Shown one piece after another: positions 19,365 through 28,489 of a stretch of DNA of 64,000 nucleotides (position 1 is its first letter; every line of letters starts with the position of its first letter). A program made the position numbers and the translations under genes. The stretch is from NCBI GenBank assembly GCA_040403945.1, contig JBBAJQ010000002.1, positions 9,300 to 73,299 of the forward strand, in the 5' to 3' direction. The notes beneath the pieces were generated by a model, which was not told where the DNA came from, ran no database searches, and saw nothing but the letters and a program-made list of their open reading frames with translations. Origin of the DNA: Sediminibacterium sp. GTDB lineage: Bacteria > Bacteroidota > Bacteroidia > Chitinophagales > Chitinophagaceae.

Positions 19365-20858
19365 CTATTTAAGTTCCGTTAGCGGACTTACATTATTACC
19401 CCTGTCGATGGTTACCACAAAAGCCCTATTTCCCTGGGTTTCCGGGTACTGATTTAGTTGCAGCGTGATTTGTTTTTGCAAGGGGAATACTTTAATCAGC
19501 TTCGTATGGATAAACTTGGCTTCCTTGCCGGGTGTGCCTATCAGTAAAGCCAATCCCCGAATATTTTCGGTACCGGAATAAGTAACCTGGAATTCTCCTC
19601 CACCTTTCTTTTCAATTTTTGGCTGTTCGGGGCTGCTATCATCAATCCATGGCATGGGCGGAACCAGTGCGGGATAGCGATAATAATTATTGCGTAAACT
19701 ATCACTCCATCCGTTGGGATTGGTTTCGAAAGACTTACTGCTGAAGTATACGCTTCCTTGCGTAGTTGGGTATCTCCTAAGTTCTTTTATCTGCGCTGGT
19801 AGCTCATTCGGATTTTTCCAGGCTGGGTTACTGCCGGCACGGTAAAAACCGTGACCGATATACACGTTTTTACCATAACTGTAATCGTTCCACCATTTTA
19901 ACAGGGTTGAGTAGTCGGCTGCGGCATGTCCGCGTTCCCAATAGAGTTGCGGAACTACATAATCTATCCAGCCTTTTTGAAGCCATAAAAGTATATCCGC
20001 ATATAAATCGTCGTAATTGGTTTGTCCGGCAGTTGTATTACTACCCATGGGATCTTTCGATTGGTTGCGCCAAACACCGAACGGACTGATGCCAAATTTT
20101 ACCTCGGGGTTTACTTGTCGGATAGCTTCGTGCAGGTTTACAATGATGCTGTCGCAGTTACTTCTTCTCCAGGCGTCTTTTGAGAGACCTTTCCCCCACT
20201 CTTGGTAGGCTTTTTCATCAGGAAATTCTTTTCCGGCAATGCGGTAGGGGTAAAAATAGTCATCCATGTGAATAGCATCCAAATCGTATCGGCTAACGAG
20301 GTCTTTCACAATGGCAACGGTATGCTTTCTTACTTCGGGTAATCCTGGGTTGTAGTATTTTTTGTCTCCATACACTAAAAACCATTCGGGATGGATTTTG
20401 GTAGGGTGGTTGGGGGCAACGGAAGATTTAACAATATTAAACACTGCCCGGTAAGGATTGAGCCAAGCATGAAATTCCATTCCTCTCTTATGCGTTTCAG
20501 TAATCATAAAAGAGAGGGGGTCGTAATAGGGGTCGGGTGCCAGTCCCTGCATACCGGTAAGATATTCGCTCCAGGGTTCAAGCTTAGAGGGATAGAGTGC
20601 GTCGCCCGATGGTCTGATTTGCATTAGGATTGCATTCATACCATTTTTCTGGTGCATGTCCAGCATTTCAATAAAGCTGGCTTTTTGTTCTTCTACAGAC
20701 AGTTTTTTACTTCTGGGCCAATCAATATTTTCAACACTAGCCACCCAAACGCCTCTGAACTCGTAGTTGGGGTTGGTATATTGGGCGGTGGCAGATAAGG
20801 TAAAAAACACCAACACGAAGGGTATACTACTGCGGAGAAAGAGGGAGATACATTTCAT
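19365..20858 (-). CDS. Glycoside-hydrolase-like family 10 (GHL10/DUF187, YngK-like) secreted protein
   Basis: Signal peptide, then EFRGVWVASV.NIDWP, and HAW.NP...DDYFYP motifs. Confidence 0.7.
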   Translation of the reverse strand: MKCISLFLRSSIPFVLVFFTLSATAQYTNPNYEFRGVWVASVENIDWPRSKKLSVEEQKASFIEMLDMHQKNGMNAILMQIRPSGDALYPSKLEPWSEYLTGMQGLAPDPYYDPLSFMITETHKRGMEFHAWLNPYRAVFNIVKSSVAPNHPTKIHPEWFLVYGDKKYYNPGLPEVRKHTVAIVKDLVSRYDLDAIHMDDYFYPYRIAGKEFPDEKAYQEWGKGLSKDAWRRSNCDSIIVNLHEAIRQVNPEVKFGISPFGVWRNQSKDPMGSNTTAGQTNYDDLYADILLWLQKGWIDYVVPQLYWERGHAAADYSTLLKWWNDYSYGKNVYIGHGFYRAGSNPAWKNPNELPAQIKELRRYPTTQGSVYFSSKSFETNPNGWSDSLRNNYYRYPALVPPMPWIDDSSPEQPKIEKKGGGEFQVTYSGTENIRGLALLIGTPGKEAKFIHTKLIKVFPLQKQITLQLNQYPETQGNRAFVVTIDRGNNVSPLTELK

Positions 20859-20889
20859 AGAATACAAAGGTACCAATTTTGCACAAAGC

Positions 20890-21921
20890 TTATTGTTCCC
20901 AAACCTTTAATCCTTCGCTGCAATTAGAACAAATGTCAATGTTTTTTCGGCCGTTCATCAATTGATTTCTAAAATCCCGGTAGGCACCACTTTGCCATAT
21001 TTCGCCAAAAGATTGGTTTTGCAGATTCCCCAAACGATGGATAGCATCTTTGTCGAAGCAACAAGGAACAACCAGCCCATCCCAGGTTATCACATTGGCA
21101 TGCCATAGTTTCCAGCAACGGTTATGTAATCCGCTTTTTACCTGCATCCTTCCGGTTGCGTCTTTTTTATAGCGGCTATAAGTTGCGTTGGCGGGGATTA
21201 ATTGATGGGGGTCATTTTCATAATCATACACCTGGGCGGTTTTAAATCGAACCTGATCTACCCCTATTTCTTCCCCAATTTTTCGGATATCATCCAGTTG
21301 ATGCTCATTGGGTTTTACTACCAGAAACTGGAAAAAAATAAAGGGGGTTTTGCTTTTCAATTGTTTTTTCCAGTAAACCATCCGCCGGGCACCTTCCAAT
21401 ACTTTATTTAGCTGCCCTCCCACCCTATACTGCTCATAAACCTCCTGCGTAGTGCCATCAATAGAAATAATCAGCCGATCTAGCCCACTTTCAACTGTTT
21501 CCTTCGCTTTTTCATCAGTCAGGTAATGCGCATTGGTGGAAGTGGCTGTATAAATGCCTTTTTCGTGCGCAAATCGCACCATTTTTAAAAAATCAGGATT
21601 CAGATAGGGTTCCCCCTGAAAGTAAAAGATAAGGTAGAGCAGGTCTTTATGTATTTCTTCAATGGTGCGACTGAAAAAATCATTTTGCAGCATTCCGGTA
21701 GGGCGTGTAAAAGCCCGCAGTCCGCTGGGGCATTCAGGGCAGCGCAGGTTACAGGAGGTAGTGGGTTCAAATGAAACGGAAATGGGCATACCCCATTGAA
21801 TAGGCTTTCCGCTAAATCGGGAAACCTGGTAAGAGCCATATACCATAGCGGCATTCCAAAGCTTTCGAAAGGTTAGTTTCGACAAGAGATTTACACTGTC
21901 GTTCCAGTTAAAATAAATCAT
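20890..21921 (-). CDS. Radical SAM / SPASM-domain protein, unknown substrate
   Basis: CNLRCPEC CxxxCxxC cluster and a C-terminal Cys-rich SPASM-like region (CWKLW...PCCFD...CSNC). The first ATG is at 21921. Confidence 0.75.
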   Translation of the reverse strand: MIYFNWNDSVNLLSKLTFRKLWNAAMVYGSYQVSRFSGKPIQWGMPISVSFEPTTSCNLRCPECPSGLRAFTRPTGMLQNDFFSRTIEEIHKDLLYLIFYFQGEPYLNPDFLKMVRFAHEKGIYTATSTNAHYLTDEKAKETVESGLDRLIISIDGTTQEVYEQYRVGGQLNKVLEGARRMVYWKKQLKSKTPFIFFQFLVVKPNEHQLDDIRKIGEEIGVDQVRFKTAQVYDYENDPHQLIPANATYSRYKKDATGRMQVKSGLHNRCWKLWHANVITWDGLVVPCCFDKDAIHRLGNLQNQSFGEIWQSGAYRDFRNQLMNGRKNIDICSNCSEGLKVWEQ

Positions 21922-22079
21922 GCCGGTAAAATTACTATTATCGTTGCAAACCAAAGAGTACTATTTACAAGCAACCCGCTTAATTTCTGTTAGCCGTATT
22001 TATTAAATAATGGTCTTTGGCGGCAGTTTTTTGTACATTTGTTAGAGGTGTAATAGAAAAAAATTTACAAATTGCTTTT

Positions 22080-22790
22080 ATGACTATACATCCCGATAAC
22101 TCAACCTGTCAGAACTGCAATCAGCGGTTCAATTCAATATTTTGTAAGGCACATGAAGATCATGTTAATCAGATTAACGATCAGAAGGTTTGTAATGTTT
22201 ATAAAAAGGGACAGACCTTATTTAATGAGGGGTCTCATCCATTGGGTGTGTATTGTGTGAGTAATGGAAAAATTAAAATGTCGCACTTGGGGGATGATGG
22301 CAAAGAGCAGATAATTCGGCTGGTGAAGGCGGGGGATATTCTTGGTTATCGGGCTTTATTGAGTGGCGAAAGATATAGTGCCACTGCTGAAGCCCTAGAA
22401 GACACCCAAGTATGTTTTATACCCCGAGATTTGTTTATAAAAGTATTGAAGCTCGATAGTAATCTTGCCTTTGAGATGATGAAATTGCTAAGCGACGAAT
22501 TGCATCGTGCAGAAGTGAAACTTACCCATCTTGCACAAAAGCCTATTCGAGAGCGACTGGCAGAAACACTTTTATTTATTAAAGAAACCTACGGATATGA
22601 GCAAGATGGGGTAACCTTGAGCGTTCGCTTGTCGCGGGAAGAAATTGCCAATCTGGTGGGAACCGCTACCGAGTCGGCTATCCGCCTCTTGAGTGAATTT
22701 AAAAAAGACGGGATGATTGATCTTGAGGGTAAAAAAATAAAAATCATCCAACCGAAAGAGCTGTTAAGAACGGCTAATATTCAGGATTAG
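22080..22790 (+). CDS. Crp/Fnr-family transcriptional regulator with a Cys-rich N-terminus
   Basis: cNMP-binding-like barrel and a C-terminal HTH (REEIANLVGTATESAIRLL). N-terminal C-x2-C-x8-C motif. It lies at the head of the cco cluster. Confidence 0.8.
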   Translation: MTIHPDNSTCQNCNQRFNSIFCKAHEDHVNQINDQKVCNVYKKGQTLFNEGSHPLGVYCVSNGKIKMSHLGDDGKEQIIRLVKAGDILGYRALLSGERYSATAEALEDTQVCFIPRDLFIKVLKLDSNLAFEMMKLLSDELHRAEVKLTHLAQKPIRERLAETLLFIKETYGYEQDGVTLSVRLSREEIANLVGTATESAIRLLSEFKKDGMIDLEGKKIKIIQPKELLRTANIQD

Positions 22791-22848
22791 GGAAATATCC
22801 CGCTACTATTTTTTCTTTTTTATACTTTTTTAAAGCGCATTGCAGTAA

Positions 22849-22866
22849 AAATGACAAAAGTCATTT
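22849..22866. promoter_or_regulatory. Perfect 18-bp palindrome AAATGAC-AAAA-GTCATTT (Crp/Fnr-type geometry)
   Basis: Read directly from the sequence: 7-bp arms with a 4-bp spacer, lying between the fnr-like gene and the next ORF. Confidence 0.4.
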
Positions 22867-22932
22867 ATTTATCTGAATGTTATCATTTACTTGCCTGTTG
22901 ATGCGAGATAATTTGCATCAAAATTTTCGGGC

Positions 22933-23439
22933 ATGGAAGCTAGTATTTGGAACATACAGTTGGAGGATCAGATTACTGCACCGGCACTCTGTAAAAAGAT
23001 AGAGCAGGAGTGTCAGCCCGAATTGTTGGCAATATGTAGCTGCATTGAGCAGTTTTTCTCGCAACATACGGCAAATGAATTCGAAGACCAGCATATTGAG
23101 TTGGTGTTGATGTTGTTTACCAAATTATTTGATGAAATAACCCATCTTTTTTTAAAGGAAAAGGGACTTATATATCCGGGCATTCAGCATAAGGGAGCAG
23201 ATTTTGAGTTACTGCCGGATGTTGTAGAGCAAATTCAGCATACACAAAAGAAAATCACTGCTATACTCGTTCGACTCAGGCAATTATTGAACAACTTTCA
23301 AATGAAGCCGGCCTGGAGTGCAGCGTTTAAAAATTGTGTGCAGCATTTTTATCAATTAGAAACCAAGGTTCATCAGTGGATATACATAGAGCAAAATTTG
23401 CTGTATCCACGTTTTTTTCATTCAACCAACATTAACTGA
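22933..23439 (+). CDS. Hypothetical protein, possibly a hemerythrin-like (HHE) domain
   Basis: Helical, with H/E-rich spacing. C-terminal HQWIYIEQNLLYP resembles the H-x3-E-E-x-x-LFP motif of hemerythrin/RIC domains. The assignment is weak. Confidence 0.45.
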   Translation: MEASIWNIQLEDQITAPALCKKIEQECQPELLAICSCIEQFFSQHTANEFEDQHIELVLMLFTKLFDEITHLFLKEKGLIYPGIQHKGADFELLPDVVEQIQHTQKKITAILVRLRQLLNNFQMKPAWSAAFKNCVQHFYQLETKVHQWIYIEQNLLYPRFFHSTNIN

Positions 23440-23446
23440 TATTCTT

Positions 23447-25843
23447 ATGCATAAAGTTCAGTTACCCGAACAGGCAGTTACCTGTTATCATTGCGGTGAG
23501 CGGGTGGGGGCGGAAGATTTAGTAATAGACGATAAGCATTTTTGTTGTAGTGGTTGTAAGATGGTGTATGAGATTTTAGAAAATGCCGGACTTTGCGCAT
23601 ATTATTCTTTAGACAAAACGCCGGGAAATCAGCTGAGAAAGGTACGGGCCGATCAATTTGCATTTTTGGATGATCCAAAAGCACAACGGGGGGTAATCCG
23701 TTTTCAGGATGATAGCCAAACCCATGTTGAATTATATCTGCCGCAGATTCATTGTAGCAGTTGTTTGTGGCTACTAGAAAATTTACATCAGTTGAATCCG
23801 GCAGTAATCAGTTGTAAGGTGCATTTCGAAAAGAAACAGGTATCTGTTATTTATAAGCACTCTGGCTTTTCATTACGATTGTTGGCCGAATTGCTTACCA
23901 GTATTGGATATGAGCCCTATTTTAGTTTGCAAGATTTGCAAATCAAGCATGCCCCAATCAATCGGACTAAGTTGTATAAAATGGGTGTGGCGGGGTTTTG
24001 CTTTTCCAATATCATGCTCATGAGCTTCCCCGAATATTTTGGTATAGATGCGCAGGAGCAGCTTTTGCAGCAGTTATTCCGATATGCTAATTTGTTACTT
24101 AGTTTGCCGGTATTCTTTTATAGTGCAACTGAATTTTATAGCAGTGCCTGGGCAGGACTTCGCAGTCGGTATCTGAATATAGACGCACCCATTGTTTTGG
24201 CTATTTGGGTAACTTTTGCAAGAAGTTTATATGAAGTAGTAAGTGGCACAGGAGGCGGCTATTTTGATTCGATGAGTGGGATTGTTTTTTTTATGCTGTT
24301 GGGCAGGGTATTACAAGATAAAACCTATCAGCAGTTAAGTTTCGACAGAGACTATACTGCCTATTTTCCTATGTCGGTTTCTTTAGTGAAAAATAATGGG
24401 GTATCGTCTATAACCTTGCCCGATGTGCAACTAAATGATACCTTATTAATACACCATGGAGATTTGATACCGGCAGACGGGATATTAACTAGAGGTAAGG
24501 CGCTGATTGATTACAGCTTTGTTACCGGTGAAAGTATTCCGGTTGAAAAAGAGATGGGAGAAATTATTTATGCGGGCGGGAAGCAGCTGGGAAGCAATAT
24601 TGAATTGCTGGTAATTAGAGAAGTAACACATAGTTATTTAACCCAGCTTTGGAATAGGCGCGAAGAAAAAACATCGGCCAAAGAAACCCACTCCTTTGTA
24701 AATGCCCTAAGTCGCTATTTTACCTGGGGAGTATTAACCATTGCACTGTTGGCAGGAAGTTATTGGTTGATGCGAGATGCCACTCGAGCTCTTAATTCCG
24801 TAACGGCGGTGCTGATAATTGCCTGCCCTTGCGCACTTTTATTAAGTAATACGTTTACAAACGGGAATATGTTACGTCGCCTGGGTCGCAATCAATTTTT
24901 CCTGCGAAATGCCCAAACACTCGAAAACTTGGCCAATGCTGATTATATTTTGTTCGACAAAACCGGCACCCTTTCTACCGGTCACTTTAATGAAGTGGCT
25001 TATTATGGTCAACCCCTAACTTATCAGCAAAGAAAAGGCCTTGCTAGTTTGGCAGCTCAGTCAACCCATCCGCTTAGTAAGGCTATTGTAGCATGGGCGG
25101 GTATCCAGGAGCGGGCCACGGTACTGGCATTTACTGAAATGCCCGGGAAAGGCATAGAGGGATTGATTGGCGATGATTTATTGATGTTAGGGTCTGCGCG
25201 TTTTGTGTTGGGTGAATCACAGGCTCCTGGATCTTTTGCCGAAGTATATTTTTCGTGGGAACAACAGCTAATAGGCAAGTTTACTTTCAGCCCCGAATAT
25301 CGCGAAGGCTTACCCGGATTAATAGCAACGATAAAAAAAAGATTTCGGATTGCTGTAGTAAGCGGCGATCATGCTGCCGATAAACGGATGTTGCAACAGC
25401 TATTTGGTAAAGACGTGCAATTATTATTCGATCAGTTGCCCGGTGATAAACTGGAGGTAGTAAGGGAATTGCAGCAAAAAGGGCATCGCGTAATTATGGT
25501 TGGTGATGGATTAAATGATGCTGGAGCATTAATGCAGGCAGATGTTGGCATAGCTGTTTCTGATGAAAATAATCGATTTACCCCAGCCAGTGACTGCATT
25601 TTGTCTGCCAATGCCCTAACCCAGCTACCCTTGTTTCTGCGGGTGGCGAGGGCGAACAAGCAAATTGTTATTACTGCCTTTATTGTATCCATTGTTTATA
25701 ATATCATAGGATTATTTTTTGCGGTGCAGGGTAGTCTTAACCCAATGATTGCAGCCATTTTAATGCCATGCAGCAGCATTAGTATTTTATTAATTGCATT
25801 TGGCATGAGCAATTGGTATTGCAATCGGCTGGGGATGAAATAA
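23447..25843 (+). CDS. ccoI: Heavy-metal (Cu) P-type ATPase of the CcoI/FixI type
   Basis: CPC, DKTGTLS and GDGLNDAGAL motifs, an N-terminal CxxC pair, and a position in front of ccoS-ccoN. Confidence 0.85.
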   Translation: MHKVQLPEQAVTCYHCGERVGAEDLVIDDKHFCCSGCKMVYEILENAGLCAYYSLDKTPGNQLRKVRADQFAFLDDPKAQRGVIRFQDDSQTHVELYLPQIHCSSCLWLLENLHQLNPAVISCKVHFEKKQVSVIYKHSGFSLRLLAELLTSIGYEPYFSLQDLQIKHAPINRTKLYKMGVAGFCFSNIMLMSFPEYFGIDAQEQLLQQLFRYANLLLSLPVFFYSATEFYSSAWAGLRSRYLNIDAPIVLAIWVTFARSLYEVVSGTGGGYFDSMSGIVFFMLLGRVLQDKTYQQLSFDRDYTAYFPMSVSLVKNNGVSSITLPDVQLNDTLLIHHGDLIPADGILTRGKALIDYSFVTGESIPVEKEMGEIIYAGGKQLGSNIELLVIREVTHSYLTQLWNRREEKTSAKETHSFVNALSRYFTWGVLTIALLAGSYWLMRDATRALNSVTAVLIIACPCALLLSNTFTNGNMLRRLGRNQFFLRNAQTLENLANADYILFDKTGTLSTGHFNEVAYYGQPLTYQQRKGLASLAAQSTHPLSKAIVAWAGIQERATVLAFTEMPGKGIEGLIGDDLLMLGSARFVLGESQAPGSFAEVYFSWEQQLIGKFTFSPEYREGLPGLIATIKKRFRIAVVSGDHAADKRMLQQLFGKDVQLLFDQLPGDKLEVVRELQQKGHRVIMVGDGLNDAGALMQADVGIAVSDENNRFTPASDCILSANALTQLPLFLRVARANKQIVITAFIVSIVYNIIGLFFAVQGSLNPMIAAILMPCSSISILLIAFGMSNWYCNRLGMK

Positions 25844-25853
25844 TTTTCGAAAA

Positions 25854-25867
25854 ATGATTTTTATCAT
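25854..25867. promoter_or_regulatory. FNR-type box ATGAT-TTTT-ATCAT
   Basis: 8/10 match to TTGAT-N4-ATCAA. It is centred about 30 bp upstream of the -7 box at 25890. Confidence 0.4.
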
Positions 25868-25889
25868 AAATCACATGATTTTCACTGGG

Positions 25890-25897
25890 TAGTTTTG
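25890..25897 (+). promoter_or_regulatory. -7 box TAGTTTTG for ccoS-ccoNO
   Basis: Matches TAnnTTTG. It lies 16 nt upstream of ATG 25914. Confidence 0.45.
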
Positions 25898-25913
25898 ACT
25901 TTTATTAGAATAT

Positions 25914-26126
25914 ATGAGTGTAATAATTATCCTTTTGATTGTGAGTTTGTCTATTGCTTCCCTTTTTTTATTGGCATTTATTTGGAATGTAAAAAATGGC
26001 CAGTATGATGATGAGGTTTCGCCGTCAATTCGCATTTTATTCGACGACCGCAAGCCTGCCTCTGCGCATAAAAAGGAAAAAAAAGAGGGAGTGGGTGTTA
26101 TTTCTACAACCATTGTTAAACCATAA
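25914..26126 (+). CDS. ccoS: cbb3 oxidase maturation protein CcoS/FixS
   Basis: One TM helix followed by NGQYDD. Confidence 0.8.
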   Translation: MSVIIILLIVSLSIASLFLLAFIWNVKNGQYDDEVSPSIRILFDDRKPASAHKKEKKEGVGVISTTIVKP

Positions 26127-26144
26127 TATAATCATTTAGTTCCC

Positions 26145-28277
26145 ATGCAAGTAGAAACTTTTTATTATGATAATCGCATTGTAAAGAACTTTGCCTTTGC
26201 TACTATTTTGTGGGGTGCAGTAGGCATGTTGGTGGGGTTATTAGCTGCCGTGCAGATGTATTTGCCGGCAGCTAATTTTGGGCTCCCCATTACTACTTTT
26301 GGAAGGGTTCGGCCCCTGCATACCAATGCGGTTATTTTTGCCTTTGTTGGTAATGGAATTTTCATGGGGGTGTATTATTCACTCCAGCGGCTATGTAAAA
26401 CCCCCATGTTTAGCAAAGCACTTAGTGCCATTCATTTTTGGGGTTGGCAGTTAATTATAGTATCAGCCGCAGTTACATTGCTGGCAGGATATACAACCGG
26501 AAAAGAGTATGCCGAACTGGAATGGCCCATTGATATTGCCATTACATTAATTTGGGTGGTATTTGGCATCAATATGTTTGGCACTATTATGCAGCGTCGC
26601 GAAAAGCACTTGTATGTTGCCATTTGGTTTTTTATTGCCACCTGGATTACAGTTGCTATGCTGCATATTGTAAATTCTTTTGAAATGCCGGTGAGTTTAT
26701 TTAAAAGCTATAGCTGGTATGCCGGTGTGCAGGATGCTTTGGTGCAATGGTGGTACGGGCATAATGCTGTGGCCTTCTTTTTAACTACGCCTTATTTAGG
26801 CATTATGTATTATTTTTTGCCGAAGGCAGCTAATCGGCCTGTTTATAGTTATCGCCTCTCTATCATTCATTTTTGGGCTTTGATATTTATTTATATCTGG
26901 GCAGGTCCTCACCACTTGCTATATACTGCACTTCCCGACTGGGCACAAAGTTTGGGGGTGGTGTTTAGTATTATGCTGATTGCCCCCTCTTGGGGTGGGA
27001 TGCTAAATGGGTTATTTACTTTACGGGGTGCATGGGATAAAGTGCGTGAAGAGCCCGTATTGAAGTTTATGGTGGTTGCTATAACCTGTTATGGTATGGC
27101 TACGTTTGAAGGGCCGCTGTTGAGCCTTAAATCTGTAAATGCCATCTCCCACTTTTCCGACTGGACCATTGCGCACGTGCATGTGGGTGCCCTAGGATGG
27201 AATGGGTTTCTCACATTCGGCATATTGTATTGGCTGATTCCCCGAATTTATCAAACACCCTTGTATTCGAAGAAACTTGCTGGAACCCATTTTTGGATTG
27301 GTACGGTAGGTATCGTGTTATATGCTATTCCAATGTATTGGGCTGGATTCACCCAGGCTATGATGTGGAAGCAATTTACTCCCGAAGGAACATTGGCATT
27401 TCAGTTTCTAGAAACGGTAACCCATATTATTCCACTTTATATCGTAAGAAGCATCGGTGGGTTGTTGTATTTGATTGGCATGTTTATCTTGGTATATAAC
27501 ATAGCAAAAACGGTAGCTGCCGGAACCTTGCTAGACAAAGAAGAAGCACAAGCAGCGCCACTTTCAGCCGATACAGTTGTACACGGAAAAGAATATTGGC
27601 ATAAGTGGATTGAAAGACGGCCGGTTCAAATGCTGGTATTCAGTTTTATTTTAGTTGCCATTGGCGGATTATTAGAGTTGATTCCTACTTTCTTAATAAA
27701 GAGCAACATTCCTACCATCACTTCAGTTAAGCCCTATACGCCCCTAGAGTTGCAGGGTAGAGATTTGTATATTTCTAACGGCTGTTATGTTTGTCACTCT
27801 CAGATGATTCGTCCTTTTCGTGATGAAGTAGCCCGTTATGGGGAATATAGTAAGGCAGGCGAATTTGTGTATGATCATCCTTTTCAATGGGGAAGCAAAA
27901 GAACGGGCCCCGATTTAGCTCGTATAGGAAATAAATATCCTGATAGCTGGCATTATAATCATATGCTGGAGCCGCAGAGTATGAGCCCGGGAAGTATTAT
28001 GCCTGCCTATGCGTGGATGTTAGATGATCCAATAGACACGGCTTCTACTCCTGCAAAAATTAGGGCTATGCAAAGATTAGGCGTGCCTTATCCCGAGGGA
28101 TACGATCAGGTAGCTAATAAGGATTTAATGCAACAGGCCGAAACTATCCGAACCAAATTGGCAGCCGATAAAATTAAAACCCCGGCTAACCGCGAAATAG
28201 TTGCTATGATTGCCTATTTGCAAAGAATGGGAACGGATATAAAAGCATCGCCAGTAGCTGCAGCCACACAACAATAA
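26145..28277 (+). CDS. ccoNO: cbb3-type cytochrome c oxidase, fused subunits I and II (CcoN-CcoO)
   Basis: Heme-copper oxidase helices with conserved His residues, then a C-terminal monoheme CYVCHSQMIRPF module. Length 710 aa. Confidence 0.9.
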   Translation: MQVETFYYDNRIVKNFAFATILWGAVGMLVGLLAAVQMYLPAANFGLPITTFGRVRPLHTNAVIFAFVGNGIFMGVYYSLQRLCKTPMFSKALSAIHFWGWQLIIVSAAVTLLAGYTTGKEYAELEWPIDIAITLIWVVFGINMFGTIMQRREKHLYVAIWFFIATWITVAMLHIVNSFEMPVSLFKSYSWYAGVQDALVQWWYGHNAVAFFLTTPYLGIMYYFLPKAANRPVYSYRLSIIHFWALIFIYIWAGPHHLLYTALPDWAQSLGVVFSIMLIAPSWGGMLNGLFTLRGAWDKVREEPVLKFMVVAITCYGMATFEGPLLSLKSVNAISHFSDWTIAHVHVGALGWNGFLTFGILYWLIPRIYQTPLYSKKLAGTHFWIGTVGIVLYAIPMYWAGFTQAMMWKQFTPEGTLAFQFLETVTHIIPLYIVRSIGGLLYLIGMFILVYNIAKTVAAGTLLDKEEAQAAPLSADTVVHGKEYWHKWIERRPVQMLVFSFILVAIGGLLELIPTFLIKSNIPTITSVKPYTPLELQGRDLYISNGCYVCHSQMIRPFRDEVARYGEYSKAGEFVYDHPFQWGSKRTGPDLARIGNKYPDSWHYNHMLEPQSMSPGSIMPAYAWMLDDPIDTASTPAKIRAMQRLGVPYPEGYDQVANKDLMQQAETIRTKLAADKIKTPANREIVAMIAYLQRMGTDIKASPVAAATQQ

Positions 28278-28302
28278 TTAGTAATCTACTTATTACCTAC
28301 TT

Positions 28303-28464
28303 ATGAAATTCATCCATTATCTAGAAAAAATATCCGGGATTGATATATACGGAATGACGTCTTTCTTCATTTTTTTTACCCTGTTTGCGGTAATGCTTTG
28401 GTGGGCCCTGAAGGCCGATGATAAGTTGATAGAGGAAGTAAAGAATATCCCACTCAATCATTAA
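28303..28464 (+). CDS. ccoQ: CcoQ/FixQ-like small subunit
   Basis: 53-codon ORF below the track cutoff. My translation is MKFIHYLEKISGIDIYGMTSFFIFFTLFAVMLWWALKADDKLIEEVKNIPLNH, with a single TM helix. It lies between ccoNO and ccoP. Confidence 0.7.
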   Translation: MKFIHYLEKISGIDIYGMTSFFIFFTLFAVMLWWALKADDKLIEEVKNIPLNH

Positions 28465-28489
28465 TCTGCCACCCGAAAAACCTACTAAA

